The notes beneath the pieces were generated by a model. That model did not search any database, had not been told where the DNA came from, and saw only the letters and a list, made by a program, of their open reading frames with translations. From an uncultured delta proteobacterium (GTDB lineage Bacteria > Desulfobacterota > Desulfobacteria > Desulfobacterales > B30-G6): a DNA stretch of 64,000 nt. The first letter of the stretch is position 1. Every line of letters begins with the position of its first letter. Shown piece after piece: positions 20,637 through 31,275 of this stretch. A program made the position numbers and the translations under genes. The stretch is from assembly GCA_963823335.1 (NCBI GenBank), contig CAWGLD010000005.1:96001-160000 (forward strand). The letters are read 5' to 3'.

Positions 20637-21911
20637 CTACTGTTCGTATCGTAATGCCTCTATGGGTCTACCTTGTACAGCCTGGTATGCCGGTATCAGG
20701 CCTGCCAGTGTCCCGGCGATGGTCAGGACGGCAAGAGCCAGCAGGGCGGCCGTAAAATCGATGCTGGGATCTTGAAACATCTGGGCATCTACTTTCAGAA
20801 GATGGATCAGGTAGCCAACACCCTCCAACACCGCGACACCGCAAACAAGGGACAAATACCCCGGAATGGAGGTGAGCAGCAGTGCTTCCACCAACACCTG
20901 GCTGATTACCGAGAAGGGTGTGGCGCCTACGGTGCGCTTGATCCCGATTTCCCGGGTTCGCTCTTTGACGGCGATCAACATAATATTGGAAACACCGATA
21001 ATCCCTGCAATCAGCGTAAAGATACCAACAAACCAGACAATAAACCTGATACCCACAAAAAGATCGGCAATTTTCTGGAATTCGATCTCCATATTCCAGG
21101 ATCCAAACGCGCGCTCGTCCTCCGGTGCGACGGCATGTCTGGCGGCCAGGACCCGGATGACCTCGTCCCGCACATCAGAGACTCTGACCTGGGGCTGGGA
21201 TGTAATGGAAAACCACCCGACCGTCTTGCCCCAGTTGAATACCTGCTGAAAGGTCGACAAGGGCAGGAAAACAGCCTTGGCTTCCTCTTCATAGTCCTCG
21301 TCATCCTTGCTTGGCAATCGATAAACGCCGACGACTTGAAAAGTGATGTTGTTGATGCTGATGGTCGCTCCGATGGGGGACGCATCCTTTTCAAAAAGCA
21401 GTTTGACCGTTTCTTCTCCTATGACGGCCACTTTTCGACGTTCGGCCAAATCCAGGGGATTCAGAAAGCGACCGGAAATCATCTGAAGCAAACGGATGTC
21501 CTGTACTTCCGGATGATCCCCATAGATGGTCAGGCTTGCGGTCCGATCATTGTGGGTAACATTGTTGTCGCCATCTTGCCCACGTTTGCGACCCCGGGGC
21601 GCAATGGAGGAAATACCCGGGACCATCTGCCGGATGATCTCGGTGTCTTCATTTGTAAACTTGAAGCGTCTGCCGATGGGAAAACCCTTGTAGGGTCTGG
21701 TTGTAAGTTGCGGCCAGATGAAGACACTGTTGGTGGCATAACCGCTGAATTCGGAATAGGCGCCTTTTTGAAGGCCGTGACCGGTACCGATCATGATGAC
21801 CAGCATAAAGAGACCCCAGAAAACACCAAATGCCGTCAACAGCGACCGGAGACGGTTTTGTCGAATCGTGTGCAGAATTTCCTGCCAGATGTCCAATTCA
21901 AAGCGGATCAT
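20637..21911 (-). CDS. MacB-type ABC permease
   Basis: LRSLLT..GVFWG, GVSNIML..VKERTREIG, P.EALR. Confidence 0.88.
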   Translation of the reverse strand: MIRFELDIWQEILHTIRQNRLRSLLTAFGVFWGLFMLVIMIGTGHGLQKGAYSEFSGYATNSVFIWPQLTTRPYKGFPIGRRFKFTNEDTEIIRQMVPGISSIAPRGRKRGQDGDNNVTHNDRTASLTIYGDHPEVQDIRLLQMISGRFLNPLDLAERRKVAVIGEETVKLLFEKDASPIGATISINNITFQVVGVYRLPSKDDEDYEEEAKAVFLPLSTFQQVFNWGKTVGWFSITSQPQVRVSDVRDEVIRVLAARHAVAPEDERAFGSWNMEIEFQKIADLFVGIRFIVWFVGIFTLIAGIIGVSNIMLIAVKERTREIGIKRTVGATPFSVISQVLVEALLLTSIPGYLSLVCGVAVLEGVGYLIHLLKVDAQMFQDPSIDFTAALLALAVLTIAGTLAGLIPAYQAVQGRPIEALRYEQ

Positions 21912-21926
21912 TTATTTTCATTCAAA

Positions 21927-21950
21927 ATTCGATGTTGGACGTTGGATGTT
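21927..21950 (+). repeat. short heptamer-type repeat (family D)
   Basis: TTCGATGTTGGACGTTGGATGTT; reverse-complement copy GAACGTCCAACATCGAA at about 34491-34507. Confidence 0.55.
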
Positions 21951-21989
21951 GGGTGTTCATTTTTTTCGTACTTTTTTCCAATTTCAATC

Positions 21990-23234
21990 TTATTCATCAT
22001 GCAGCGCCTCCACGGGCCGTATTCCCGCAGCCCGCCGGGCCGGGAAAAGACCCGCCAGGGTACCGGACAGCACCAGTAAAAATACAGCGCCAAAGGCGGT
22101 TGTCAGATTCACTTCGGGATTTTTAAAGTAGGCTACGCCCTGAATTGTGTGAGCCATGATCTCCAGGGCAGCAATACCGGCTACCAGACCGAGATAGCCA
22201 AAGAAAAAAGTGATCAAAATCGCTTCTGTTAAAATCAGATCGATGATGGATCCTGGCGATGCACCGATGGCTTTGCGAATACCGATTTCCCGGGTCCGTT
22301 CCTTGACTGTGATCAACATGATATTGCTGACACCGACAATACCGGCCACGATGGATCCGATGCCGATGATCCATATAAATATACGTATGTTGGCAAAAAG
22401 GCGCATGTATTTTTGAAAGGACACCAGCGTATTGTGCATGAACACGGTCCGACGGTCCTCCACATTGAAGCGGTGGCGCTGAGCCAATCGTTGTCTGATG
22501 TCATGTTCAACCGCCTGGGGAGACCGCACTATCTTGGTGTCAATGGTCATGGCAAGACTGTGAACCCTATCACTCCGGGTGAACAGTTGCTGCATGGTGC
22601 TGATAGGGATATAGACACGGTCCAGACCCCATTCATCGCCTTCATCCGTGAAAACGCCCACGATTTGAAAAGCGATGTTTTTAATTTGCACATACTGCCC
22701 CACGGCAGAACCGGAGGGGAAGATCTCTTGCTTGGTTTTGGGCCCAATAATTGCTACCTTGCGTTGAAGTACCTGATCTGATGCATTCAGCAGACGGCCA
22801 GTACCGGCTTTGAGCATTTCCAGAGCGGAATACTCAGGATGTATTCCCACAACCGGGAATTTTCCTGCCAGGGATCTGTAACGAACCGTCGTGTCACGTC
22901 CCAGGAAATTTCGCGCGGCTATGTATTCCCGTCCTTTGATGGACTGTTTCAGGTCTTCATAATCATCGTTTTTAAATCGTATGCGCCGACCTTGCTTTAA
23001 CCCCTGGTATGGCATAGACGTCTGGCCGCCTCTGATCCACACGCTGTTGACGGCATCTTCGGAAAATGCCTTGCGAACACCGTTTTCAAGGCCGTACCCC
23101 GATCCCAGAAGAATAATGAGCATGAAAATTCCCCATGAAACGGCAAAACCGGTCAGAATCGTCCGCAGCTTGTTTTTTGCAAGGTTGTGGAAAATTTCTT
23201 GCAGTTTGTCTTGAAATGAACCCGGGGAGAACAT
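21990..23234 (-). CDS. MacB-type ABC permease
   Basis: KLRTILTG, GVSNIMLITVKERTREIGIRKAIGA. Confidence 0.88.
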   Translation of the reverse strand: MFSPGSFQDKLQEIFHNLAKNKLRTILTGFAVSWGIFMLIILLGSGYGLENGVRKAFSEDAVNSVWIRGGQTSMPYQGLKQGRRIRFKNDDYEDLKQSIKGREYIAARNFLGRDTTVRYRSLAGKFPVVGIHPEYSALEMLKAGTGRLLNASDQVLQRKVAIIGPKTKQEIFPSGSAVGQYVQIKNIAFQIVGVFTDEGDEWGLDRVYIPISTMQQLFTRSDRVHSLAMTIDTKIVRSPQAVEHDIRQRLAQRHRFNVEDRRTVFMHNTLVSFQKYMRLFANIRIFIWIIGIGSIVAGIVGVSNIMLITVKERTREIGIRKAIGASPGSIIDLILTEAILITFFFGYLGLVAGIAALEIMAHTIQGVAYFKNPEVNLTTAFGAVFLLVLSGTLAGLFPARRAAGIRPVEALHDE

Positions 23235-23271
23235 GTGGTGCTTCCTTATAAAACTGTCAACTATTTATAAA

Positions 23272-23931
23272 TTAATCGATGACGCCGTCCCTGATGTTTA
23301 CGATGCGATCCGTCGCAGCAGCGATGTCCTTTTCATGGGTGATGACCACAATGGTTGTACCCTGGGTATTGACTTGTTTAAAGACCTCCATCACTTCCTG
23401 AGATGTATGGCTGTCCAATGCGCCTGTGGGTTCATCCGCCAGCAGAATCAAGGGGTTGGCGATCATGGCGCGGGCGATGGCTGTGCGTTGCTTCTGCCCT
23501 CCGGAAAGTTCGGCCGGCAGATGATTGGCCCAGTCTGCAATACCGAATTTATCCAAAAAATCCATTGCAATTTGATTGCGCCTTTTTCGGTTTACGTTGC
23601 GGTAGTAAAGGGGCAGTGCCACGTTCTCGAGAGCTGTTTTGAATGGTATCAGATGGAAAGACTGGAACACAAAACCAATGTTCTGGTTGCGGAACCGGGC
23701 GGCACGGGTTTCATTCATGTTTTCCAAGAGCTTGCCATTGAAACGATAGTGCCCGGCATCGTAAGAATCCAAGAGTCCTATGATATTTAAAAGGGTCGAT
23801 TTTCCAGACCCGGATGATCCCATGACCGCAACCATTTCGCCCCTGCCAATGGTAAGGTTGATGCCTTTGAGCACATGCAGCTGACTGGCGCCGGTTTTAT
23901 AGGATTTATGGATGCCTGTGAGTGCAATCAT
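23272..23931 (-). CDS. ABC ATP-binding protein (MacB/LolD-like)
   Basis: GSSGSGKST, LSGGQ, LADEPTGALD. Confidence 0.92.
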   Translation of the reverse strand: MIALTGIHKSYKTGASQLHVLKGINLTIGRGEMVAVMGSSGSGKSTLLNIIGLLDSYDAGHYRFNGKLLENMNETRAARFRNQNIGFVFQSFHLIPFKTALENVALPLYYRNVNRKRRNQIAMDFLDKFGIADWANHLPAELSGGQKQRTAIARAMIANPLILLADEPTGALDSHTSQEVMEVFKQVNTQGTTIVVITHEKDIAAATDRIVNIRDGVID

Positions 23932-23959
23932 ACTTATATTTCAGTTTGATACGGATTCT

Positions 23960-24012
23960 ATGAACCGTAACATCGAGCGCATTTCCCGTAACTTGCTGCG
24001 AGATTTTAAAAT
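23960..24012 (+). repeat. dispersed repeat family A, short copy
   Basis: TGAACCGTAACATCGAGCGCATTTCCCGTAACTTGCTGCGAG. Confidence 0.6.
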
Positions 24013-24875
24013 GCAGTGACAATTATACCAGCGATAGCTGTAATGATTCCAAGTCCCTGAAGTTTCGTGATTTTGTCTTTCAAAAAAATAATAGCCAGTG
24101 TTATGGTCACTATCGATAAAGCAGAAGCTATAGGCGTAATCAATATTGCATCTCCGATCGTTAATCCGTAATTGACGATGGCTACTGCACCAGCTTCAAT
24201 AATACCCATTATTGCAACCATACATTTTGTTTTAGGGCTAGCTTTCGTTATGTCAAGTTCTCTTTTTATGAGAAAGGAGAAGAGCAGCAAAAACAAAATA
24301 ATCCCAAACTTCACAAGCAGGGTCGTTAACAGCCACCCGATTTCTTCAGATATAATTTCGCTAACGTTCCAAAAGACCCCAAAGAAAAAAGCCCCGAAAA
24401 CTGTCTCTTTGACACCCGATGAAAGTTGAAATCTTTGCTTTCTAATATCGCGCCAGTTTAGAGCTGCCAAAGTGACGCCGGAAACAATCATCAAGACGCC
24501 TAGCGACTGTATTGTGGAAAGCCGCTGGCCCATAAAGATAAAAGCAAACAGCATTGTAAATACAGCCCATAGATTCATGGTTGCGGCAACAATCGACACA
24601 TTGCCCATCTCAAAACCTTTGAAAAAAAACAAGTATCCAGCAGAATAAATAATTGCCGCGATTGGGATCAAAATGATTGCCAGAATTGGGATGTTGAAGC
24701 TTATTGTAAAAACGAATATAAGTAGAAGGATAGATATTAAACCAGCCAGTTGTGACCAAAAAATAGACTTAAAAGGTCCTATCTGTTTGGCATAAACACC
24801 CCCTAGAAAGTCGTATATCCCCCATCCAAACATACCTCCTATTCCAATTAATATGCTTAATATGGCTGTACTCAT
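24006..24875 (-). CDS. DMT/EamA-family transporter, AT-rich
   Basis: About 10 TM helices in two EamA repeats. Confidence 0.8.
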   Translation of the reverse strand: MSTAILSILIGIGGMFGWGIYDFLGGVYAKQIGPFKSIFWSQLAGLISILLLIFVFTISFNIPILAIILIPIAAIIYSAGYLFFFKGFEMGNVSIVAATMNLWAVFTMLFAFIFMGQRLSTIQSLGVLMIVSGVTLAALNWRDIRKQRFQLSSGVKETVFGAFFFGVFWNVSEIISEEIGWLLTTLLVKFGIILFLLLFSFLIKRELDITKASPKTKCMVAIMGIIEAGAVAIVNYGLTIGDAILITPIASALSIVTITLAIIFLKDKITKLQGLGIITAIAGIIVTAF

Positions 24876-25004
24876 GCGTGACTCAAACCTTCTTATGGTA
24901 ATTTTGTAGGCATGTCTATTTGGATTTAGCAGAACCTATATTGTGGTTTGCAATTACAACTCTCGGTAGTGTCATTTTATTTGGTCAAGATGCGTGCTTC
25001 CTGA

Positions 25005-25916
25005 TCAGATGGCCACCGGAAACAAACGCCGATACAGCCGCAAGACCGTCCGGGGTCTGGTCAGGATAACCAGGTTGCCCATCAGTACCAGAACGATTCC
25101 GGAAACACCGTTCATCCCCCAACGATACCCTTCGAAAACTGTTGACAAAAGCAGGGCAAGTACTGGCACCAGCAGCATGACATAAGCAGCGTAGTCGGCG
25201 CCGATGCGGCCTATGAGCAGCATATAGCAACCAAAGGCCAGGATGGAACCGAATAGGGTCAGGTAGAGCATGGGTCCCAGGTAACCGGGGGACCAGTCCA
25301 TGATCAGTTCGCCGCCGAAACCAAAGTGGATGCAAAGGGTCAGCAGCCCCCCATAGGCCATACCATAGGTGTTGGCCTGGGTCACGGGAATGCCGGCCCT
25401 CGCATTTCTGGAGCCCACAACATTTCCGATGGACGCCAGATATGCCCCGATAAGGGCCAGGACCAGCCCGATCAGTCCACTGGTGGCGCTGAAGATAACC
25501 AGGTCATGCCAGAACAGTACGCAAATCCCGCTTAAACCGATCATGCTGCCTGAAAAGGCCTGCAAATCGATTGGTTGGGACATAAACAGTTTGAGGTTTA
25601 AAATATTCCATATCATGATGGTTGAAAACACCACTGCGACCAGTCCACTGGTGAGGTATACGGTGGATAGATAACTCATACAGTAGCCCAGACCGAACAC
25701 GGTAAACCCCTGGATGGCCATGAAGAGATGGTTTTTGCGGGAGAATACCAGCTTCTTGTGCCTGATCAGACAGAACATGAGCAGAATCAGAGCTGCCAGG
25801 CAGAAACGGTATCCCACGGATAGAATTGGCGGTACCTGGGTCAGTTGCAGTTTAATCACTAACCAGGTGGATCCCCAGATCAGTGTGGCTGAGATGTACA
25901 GCAGGACATTGACCAT
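25005..25916 (-). CDS. DMT/EamA-family transporter
   Basis: LIWGSTW, YRF, GSILAFGCY..L.GRIG. Confidence 0.85.
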   Translation of the reverse strand: MVNVLLYISATLIWGSTWLVIKLQLTQVPPILSVGYRFCLAALILLMFCLIRHKKLVFSRKNHLFMAIQGFTVFGLGYCMSYLSTVYLTSGLVAVVFSTIMIWNILNLKLFMSQPIDLQAFSGSMIGLSGICVLFWHDLVIFSATSGLIGLVLALIGAYLASIGNVVGSRNARAGIPVTQANTYGMAYGGLLTLCIHFGFGGELIMDWSPGYLGPMLYLTLFGSILAFGCYMLLIGRIGADYAAYVMLLVPVLALLLSTVFEGYRWGMNGVSGIVLVLMGNLVILTRPRTVLRLYRRLFPVAI

Positions 25917-25919
25917 GAC

Positions 25920-27257
25920 TTATTCCCCGGAGAGGACCGCGATTTCAGCTCTGCCTTTTTCTTCATCCACAAAGTAGAAGAGAACAGCTCCGGTAATAAA
26001 GAGCAGCAGAATGGAACCAATGCCCCAACGCGAGGCGATCTGTCCGACTGTATCAATTTGTTCTGGCGTGGGGGTGGGTGGCATCAGACGTTGCCTGACG
26101 AGAAGGCCGATGATGCCCATGAGCATGGGGCCGAGGATAGCGGCAAATTTGCCGAGCATGTTGTAAAACCCATAGAATTCTGCGGCCATATTTTTGGGGA
26201 TGAGTCTGGAATAGTAGGAGCGACTGAGGGCCTGGATTCCGCCCTGAACCAGGCCGATGACAATGGCCAGGATGTAAAACTCGTATTTATCGCTCATCAT
26301 GGTCCCCCAGATGGTAATGCAGATGTAAATACCGATGGCCAGATATATGGACTTCCGGACACCCCACTTCTGACCGAGTCTGCCAAACAGAAGCGCAGCG
26401 GGAAATCCGACAAACTGGGTAATGAGAAGCGCTTTAATCAGATCATTCGGTTCAAAACCGATGGACATCCCATAATCGACGGCCATTTTGATAATTGTGT
26501 CCACACCATCGATATAAAACCAGTAGGCTGCCAGAAAGGTCAGAACTGTTTTTAAATGGCGGATTTTTTTTAGCGTACTGAAGAACTGGCGGAAACCGTC
26601 AGCGATGACATCCAGGGTCTTTTTCGGCTGAACCGATGAGCGGTCTTCAGGCACCCACAGGATGGTAAAAATCGTAAAAAAGCCCCACCAGACGGCTACA
26701 AGAACAAAGGAAACCCTGACGGCCATGCCGGCATCCGGGAGACCGAATTTGTCAGGCATGAGGGTCATCAGTACATTCACCAGAAACAGGATACCCCCAC
26801 CGAGATATCCCATGGAGAACCCAAAGGCCGACACAAAATCAATATTTTTCTTGTGGGTGATGCCGGGCAGCAAGGAATCATAGAAGATATTGGCCCCGGC
26901 AAAACCGATGGAACCCATGGCATAAACAAAAATGGCCCAGGCCCATTCTCCTTTCTGCACCACAAAGAGGGCAGCCGTCATGAGGACACCCAGGTAGGCA
27001 AAAAAGATCAAAAGCTTCTTTTTTGCGCCCCCTTTGTCGGCAATGGCGCCCAGAACCGGCGCCATGAGGGCTACCAGCAGGCTGGCCAGCGCATTCCCAA
27101 TACCCAGCTGGGCTGTGCTCATGTTGACATCCACACCGTGACTCCAGTACTGCTTGAAAAATATAGGAAAAAAACCGGCCATGACCGTCGTTGCAAATGC
27201 CGAGTTTCCCCAGTCGTAAAGGGCCCAGCCCAGAATGGCTTTTTTTTCCTTGTCCAT
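25920..27257 (-). CDS. MFS transporter (UMF1/BtlA-like)
   Basis: WALYDWGNSAF, FYDSLL, QALSRS, EFYGFY. Confidence 0.85.
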   Translation of the reverse strand: MDKEKKAILGWALYDWGNSAFATTVMAGFFPIFFKQYWSHGVDVNMSTAQLGIGNALASLLVALMAPVLGAIADKGGAKKKLLIFFAYLGVLMTAALFVVQKGEWAWAIFVYAMGSIGFAGANIFYDSLLPGITHKKNIDFVSAFGFSMGYLGGGILFLVNVLMTLMPDKFGLPDAGMAVRVSFVLVAVWWGFFTIFTILWVPEDRSSVQPKKTLDVIADGFRQFFSTLKKIRHLKTVLTFLAAYWFYIDGVDTIIKMAVDYGMSIGFEPNDLIKALLITQFVGFPAALLFGRLGQKWGVRKSIYLAIGIYICITIWGTMMSDKYEFYILAIVIGLVQGGIQALSRSYYSRLIPKNMAAEFYGFYNMLGKFAAILGPMLMGIIGLLVRQRLMPPTPTPEQIDTVGQIASRWGIGSILLLFITGAVLFYFVDEEKGRAEIAVLSGE

Positions 27258-27383
27258 GTTCCCTCCCTACATGCTTTGGTATGATTTCTTGAAACCGGGT
27301 ATCAGTTTTTTTAAATTGGTGTTATGAAATCCGTATCGCTCTCTGTTCAATCTTTATCTGCACCGAGTGCTTTGATCTGATAC

Positions 27384-27458
27384 GTGAACCGCAACAGCGA
27401 TCGCATTCCCGTAGGTTCTGCCATTCGGCAGTGCTTCGCATGCTGCGGGGTTCTTAAA
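27384..27458 (+). repeat. dispersed repeat family A, long copy
   Basis: TGAACCGCAACAGCGATCGCATTCCCGTAGGTTCTGCCATTCGGCAGTGCTTCGCATGCTGCGGGGTTCTT. Confidence 0.75.
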
Positions 27459-27525
27459 AAAGTGCCAAAATCGCATCAAATATAATTGTTTCACAATTTT
27501 ATTTGGGTTATAGCTTCTTTGAGAA

Positions 27526-28539
27526 ATGATGTCAAAAAAAGTCTTACAGGTTGTCTGTATCTTTTTCTGGCTGTGGATGCCGATCCAATGGCTCGAGGTG
27601 GTTCATTGTGCAGAATTAGGGCCCCTGCGTGCACAGCAACGTTATCCGCTGTATCTCATGTTTCTGACACCCGCACCCGATTCACCTGGGCTGATTGACA
27701 AAAAACGCTTTGTGACGTCCCTGTCTGTCGATTACACGAGTATCTATATCGATGAAACGAGCGAAGAATGGTCCGCGTTGATGGATATGGAAATGACGGT
27801 GGTTGAACTTTCCCTTACGTACGGCATCACCAATCGTGTGAATATATCTCTGGCTCTGCCGTGGATCAACCAGAATGGCGGATTCCTGGACAGCCCCCTG
27901 GAAACCTACCATGATTTTTTTGGGTTTCCCAATTACGGCAGGGAGAATGGCCCGACCGATGAATTCGGCTACCATATCGCGGTCAATGACGACACCTGGT
28001 TTGATGCCCGGTCGGGCGGCCTGCACCTGGGAGAAAGTGTGGTATCTCTCAAGATTCAGCTGGTTAACGCCGGACGCTATCGGGGACTTAGCAGCAGTCT
28101 GTTGATGGCCCTCAAGATACCCACGGGTGACGAGAATCATGGTTTTGGGAGTGGCCGATTTGACCAGGCTCTGGTTTTCCTGAACCAGTATCGGGTTTCT
28201 TCTTTCACGCTGTATCTGAACCCGGGGATCGTATTGCTTTCGGATCCGGAAACACAAGGCGCCGATATCCATGTAAGGGATATGATGACTCTCTTGGCGG
28301 GCGTTGAATACAACCTAAGCGATAACTTGTCCTTGATGGGCCAGCTCAATTTTGTCACATCCCCGTTCCACCATACCGGAATCGAGCAGATGGATCAGGA
28401 CAGCCTGGAACTTGCGCTGGGGTTTGCCGTGTCGATGCCCCATGATGTGATATTTGAATTCGCTTTCAGCGAAGACCTGACACGCACGGCTCCTGATTTT
28501 ACGGTACACGGGGCACTGCGGTATGAATTTGGTCCTTGA
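27526..28539 (+). CDS. DUF3187-like outer-membrane beta-barrel protein
   Basis: Signal peptide, GGFLD...E.YHDFFG.P, K.PTGD, FSEDL..APDFT; family assigned from memory. Confidence 0.65.
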   Translation: MMSKKVLQVVCIFFWLWMPIQWLEVVHCAELGPLRAQQRYPLYLMFLTPAPDSPGLIDKKRFVTSLSVDYTSIYIDETSEEWSALMDMEMTVVELSLTYGITNRVNISLALPWINQNGGFLDSPLETYHDFFGFPNYGRENGPTDEFGYHIAVNDDTWFDARSGGLHLGESVVSLKIQLVNAGRYRGLSSSLLMALKIPTGDENHGFGSGRFDQALVFLNQYRVSSFTLYLNPGIVLLSDPETQGADIHVRDMMTLLAGVEYNLSDNLSLMGQLNFVTSPFHHTGIEQMDQDSLELALGFAVSMPHDVIFEFAFSEDLTRTAPDFTVHGALRYEFGP

Positions 28540-28683
28540 CTGTAAAATTAGTGTATTTCGTGATAAAAGAGCTTTTTCTTTTCCGGTTTATCCGGGTTGG
28601 GTGATTAAACAGCAGACCGATAGACATATAGCAGCTGATCGTCTGTACCCGAATTTGAGCGACACAAAAAGGCAGTCGACATT

Positions 28684-29304
28684 GTGAACATACCGACACA
28701 AAAAGAATGCTACGACCTTATCCAGGAGATGGGCATGATGGATCATATTGTGGACCACTCCGAGCAGGTGTGCCGTGTGGCAGTTTGTCTGGCAGAAAAG
28801 CTGTGCCATGAAGGAAGCGACCTGAATATAGAACTGATACGGGCTTCTGCGCTGCTGCATGACATTACCAAAACGAGAAGTTTTGAAACACGCGAAAATC
28901 ATGCCGAGACCGGAGGTAGATTTCTGCAGGAAAGGGGATTCAATGAGGTAGGGCATATCATCGCGCAGCATGTCAAGTTGGATACCTATGTCGCTTCCGG
29001 CAGCCCCGTTGAAGCGGAGATCGTCAATTATGCAGACAAGCGTGTGCTGCATGACCAGATCGTTCTCCTGACGGATCGTTTGGCGTATATCCTTGAGAGG
29101 TATGGGGACGGTATGGAAAGCCGTGAGAGGATCATGGGGTTGTGGGGTAAATCAAAAGAGTTGGAAAAGAAAATTTTCAGTTGCCTGCCGTTTATTCCTG
29201 AGGCGTTGAAGCGTGTGGTTGGGACACACCCAGGGGCCAAGGGGTCGAGAAAACCAGGTTCGAGGGTGATACCAGGGGTGGTAAGAGGGTCAGAGGGTGG
29301 CTGA
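28684..29304 (+). CDS. HD(IG)-domain metal-dependent phosphohydrolase; C-terminus runs into a repeat
   Basis: HS..V, ALLHDITK, HAETG, IVNYADKRV. Confidence 0.8.
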   Translation: MNIPTQKECYDLIQEMGMMDHIVDHSEQVCRVAVCLAEKLCHEGSDLNIELIRASALLHDITKTRSFETRENHAETGGRFLQERGFNEVGHIIAQHVKLDTYVASGSPVEAEIVNYADKRVLHDQIVLLTDRLAYILERYGDGMESRERIMGLWGKSKELEKKIFSCLPFIPEALKRVVGTHPGAKGSRKPGSRVIPGVVRGSEGG

Positions 29305-29374
29305 CGGCGTAGTGCGAAAGGCACCTAACGGTCTACAGTCTGAACCGCTAAAAGGCGGACCAGGGTTCGAGGGG
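29255..29374 (+). repeat. composite GGG-tract element (family B, about 120 bp)
   Basis: Aligns with the reverse complement of 32821-32940. Confidence 0.8.
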
Positions 29375-29388
29375 AAGATCCGCCATCA

Positions 29389-29838
29389 TCAGGCAAATTC
29401 AATGTGCCAAGATTTCTGATTATCTGAAACAACGGTATATTTTTTTATGAAATAAGATAATTGTAATTTATGGTAATCAGATAACTTCCCGAATTTGATT
29501 CCACATCTTCGAACAAAAGTACCATCTTGCAGATATTTAACTTTGCGATCGGAAATAATTTTGCATGGAATATCATTGATCGAAATAGTGTTATCAGCGG
29601 TGACAATAGACATCTTGTCAAAGTTTCCGAACCAAGCCGTAGCTGTTGAATATTCAGCTCTAATACCGGTGAGGCTTATATCGACAATGGTTCCCGAATA
29701 AACGGTGCGATGTTTAAAAAGACCAAATGCGAATGATTTTCTAAATAGAACTGAGGCTTCCGTTTTAACGGCGTAACGTTCCTCTTTTCTTTGCACACTG
29801 CCACTATCAGTAAGTTTCGATGATTTATTTTTAATCAT
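29389..29838 (-). CDS. PilZ-domain protein
   Basis: RKEER (RxxxR) and DISLTG (DxSxxG) motifs; GIKF. Confidence 0.75.
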   Translation of the reverse strand: MIKNKSSKLTDSGSVQRKEERYAVKTEASVLFRKSFAFGLFKHRTVYSGTIVDISLTGIRAEYSTATAWFGNFDKMSIVTADNTISINDIPCKIISDRKVKYLQDGTFVRRCGIKFGKLSDYHKLQLSYFIKKYTVVSDNQKSWHIEFA

Positions 29839-29866
29839 GGCTAAAAACTGGATTCGTATTGCAAGC

Positions 29867-29942
29867 TGAACCGAAAAAGCGAGCGCACTCCCCGTAGGTT
29901 TTGCCTTGCGGCAGTGTTTCGCATGCTGCGAGGTTCTTCAAT
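29867..29942 (+). repeat. dispersed repeat family A, long copy
   Basis: TGAACCGAAAAAGCGAGCGCACTCCCCGTAGG...GCATGCTGCGAGGTTCTTCAAT. Confidence 0.75.
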
Positions 29943-30245
29943 CTGAAATTCAGGTGAGTTCGAGATGACTGAGATAAAGATCTGCTTCAGGTTGCCTGAA
30001 AGAGTAGGTTCGAATTGTAATTCAGATTGCTGTCAGATATCATATTGGAATAGAAGAAAAAAAATCAAGGCTTTTCTCAGTGTCGGCACAAAAAAAAGTA
30101 GATAGAGCCAACCATACAAATATCAATATTGCAAAATACATTTCCGTTCAATGACACATCGAGATTCTTCGCGTCACTCTCGTCTTGATGCCTTTTGGGA
30201 AACGTCACATACTGAGCAGTGTGCCTGGAGGTAGAATAGATACCC

Positions 30246-31274
30246 ATGAAAGCCATGATCCTGGAAAATATCGTCAGCATGCTAGAAAATAGAGCCCCCC
30301 TGACATTGGTTGAAATGAAACCTCCTGTTCCTCATGGCGATGACCTGCTGGTGAAGGTTTCTGCGTGTGGTGTCTGTCATACCGAACTGGATGAAATAGA
30401 GGGGCGGACACCACCACCGACGCTACCTGTGATACCCGGTCACCAGGTTGTGGGGCAGGTTTACGAGCTGGGTCCTGATGCCCATCGATACAAGCCGGGT
30501 GACCGGGTCGGGGTAGCCTGGATCTTTTGGGCCTGTGGTGTCTGTCGCTTTTGCAGGGAAGGGAACGAGAATCTGTGTCAAAACTTTCAGGCAACCGGAA
30601 GGGACGCTCATGGTGGATATGCTGAATACATGACCGTTTCGGAGAGATTTGTTTACAGGCTTCCGGATTTTTTCTCAGACAAGGAGGCTGCTCCTCTTTT
30701 GTGTGCAGGTGCCATTGGATACCGATCGTTGCAGCTGACGCATCTTGTCAACGGTCAGTGCCTTGGTTTGACCGGATTCGGTGCATCAGCCCATCTTGTA
30801 ATGCAGCTGGCATCTCATCTTTATCCGGATACCGCCATCTATGTTTTTGCACGAAGTGAAAACGAACAGGTCTTTGCCAGGGAACTGGGGGCTGTCTGGG
30901 CAGGAAACACCCATGATACAGCGCCTGTGAAGCTGGATGCCATCATCGATACGACTCCGGCCTGGAAACCTGTGGTGGAAGCGTTAGGCAATCTTGCAGC
31001 CGGGGGCCGTTTGGTGATCAACGCCATCCGCAAGGAGGGTTTTGATCAGGAGTACCTTCTCAAGATGGATTACCCCTCTCACCTGTGGCTCGAAAAGGAG
31101 ATCAAGAGTGTTGCCAATGTGACGCGCCAGGATGTTGAAGCCTTTCTGGCGCTGGCTGCTGACATGCGCATCAGACCCGAGGTCCAGGGATATGCCTTGG
31201 CAGATGCCAACCAGGCCTTACTGGAGCTGAAAGAACGAAAGATCCGCGGGGCCAAGGTGCTGGTGGTGGAATGA
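30246..31274 (+). CDS. zinc-dependent alcohol dehydrogenase (AdhP-like)
   Basis: CGVCHTE, PGHQVVG, C..C..C.......C structural Zn site, APLLCAG, GFGASAH. Confidence 0.9.
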   Translation: MKAMILENIVSMLENRAPLTLVEMKPPVPHGDDLLVKVSACGVCHTELDEIEGRTPPPTLPVIPGHQVVGQVYELGPDAHRYKPGDRVGVAWIFWACGVCRFCREGNENLCQNFQATGRDAHGGYAEYMTVSERFVYRLPDFFSDKEAAPLLCAGAIGYRSLQLTHLVNGQCLGLTGFGASAHLVMQLASHLYPDTAIYVFARSENEQVFARELGAVWAGNTHDTAPVKLDAIIDTTPAWKPVVEALGNLAAGGRLVINAIRKEGFDQEYLLKMDYPSHLWLEKEIKSVANVTRQDVEAFLALAADMRIRPEVQGYALADANQALLELKERKIRGAKVLVVE

Positions 31275-31275
31275 A

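Noticed and set aside
20673-22079. 468-aa ORF on the + strand
   Set aside because: Antisense shadow of the MacB-type permease, with no recognisable motifs
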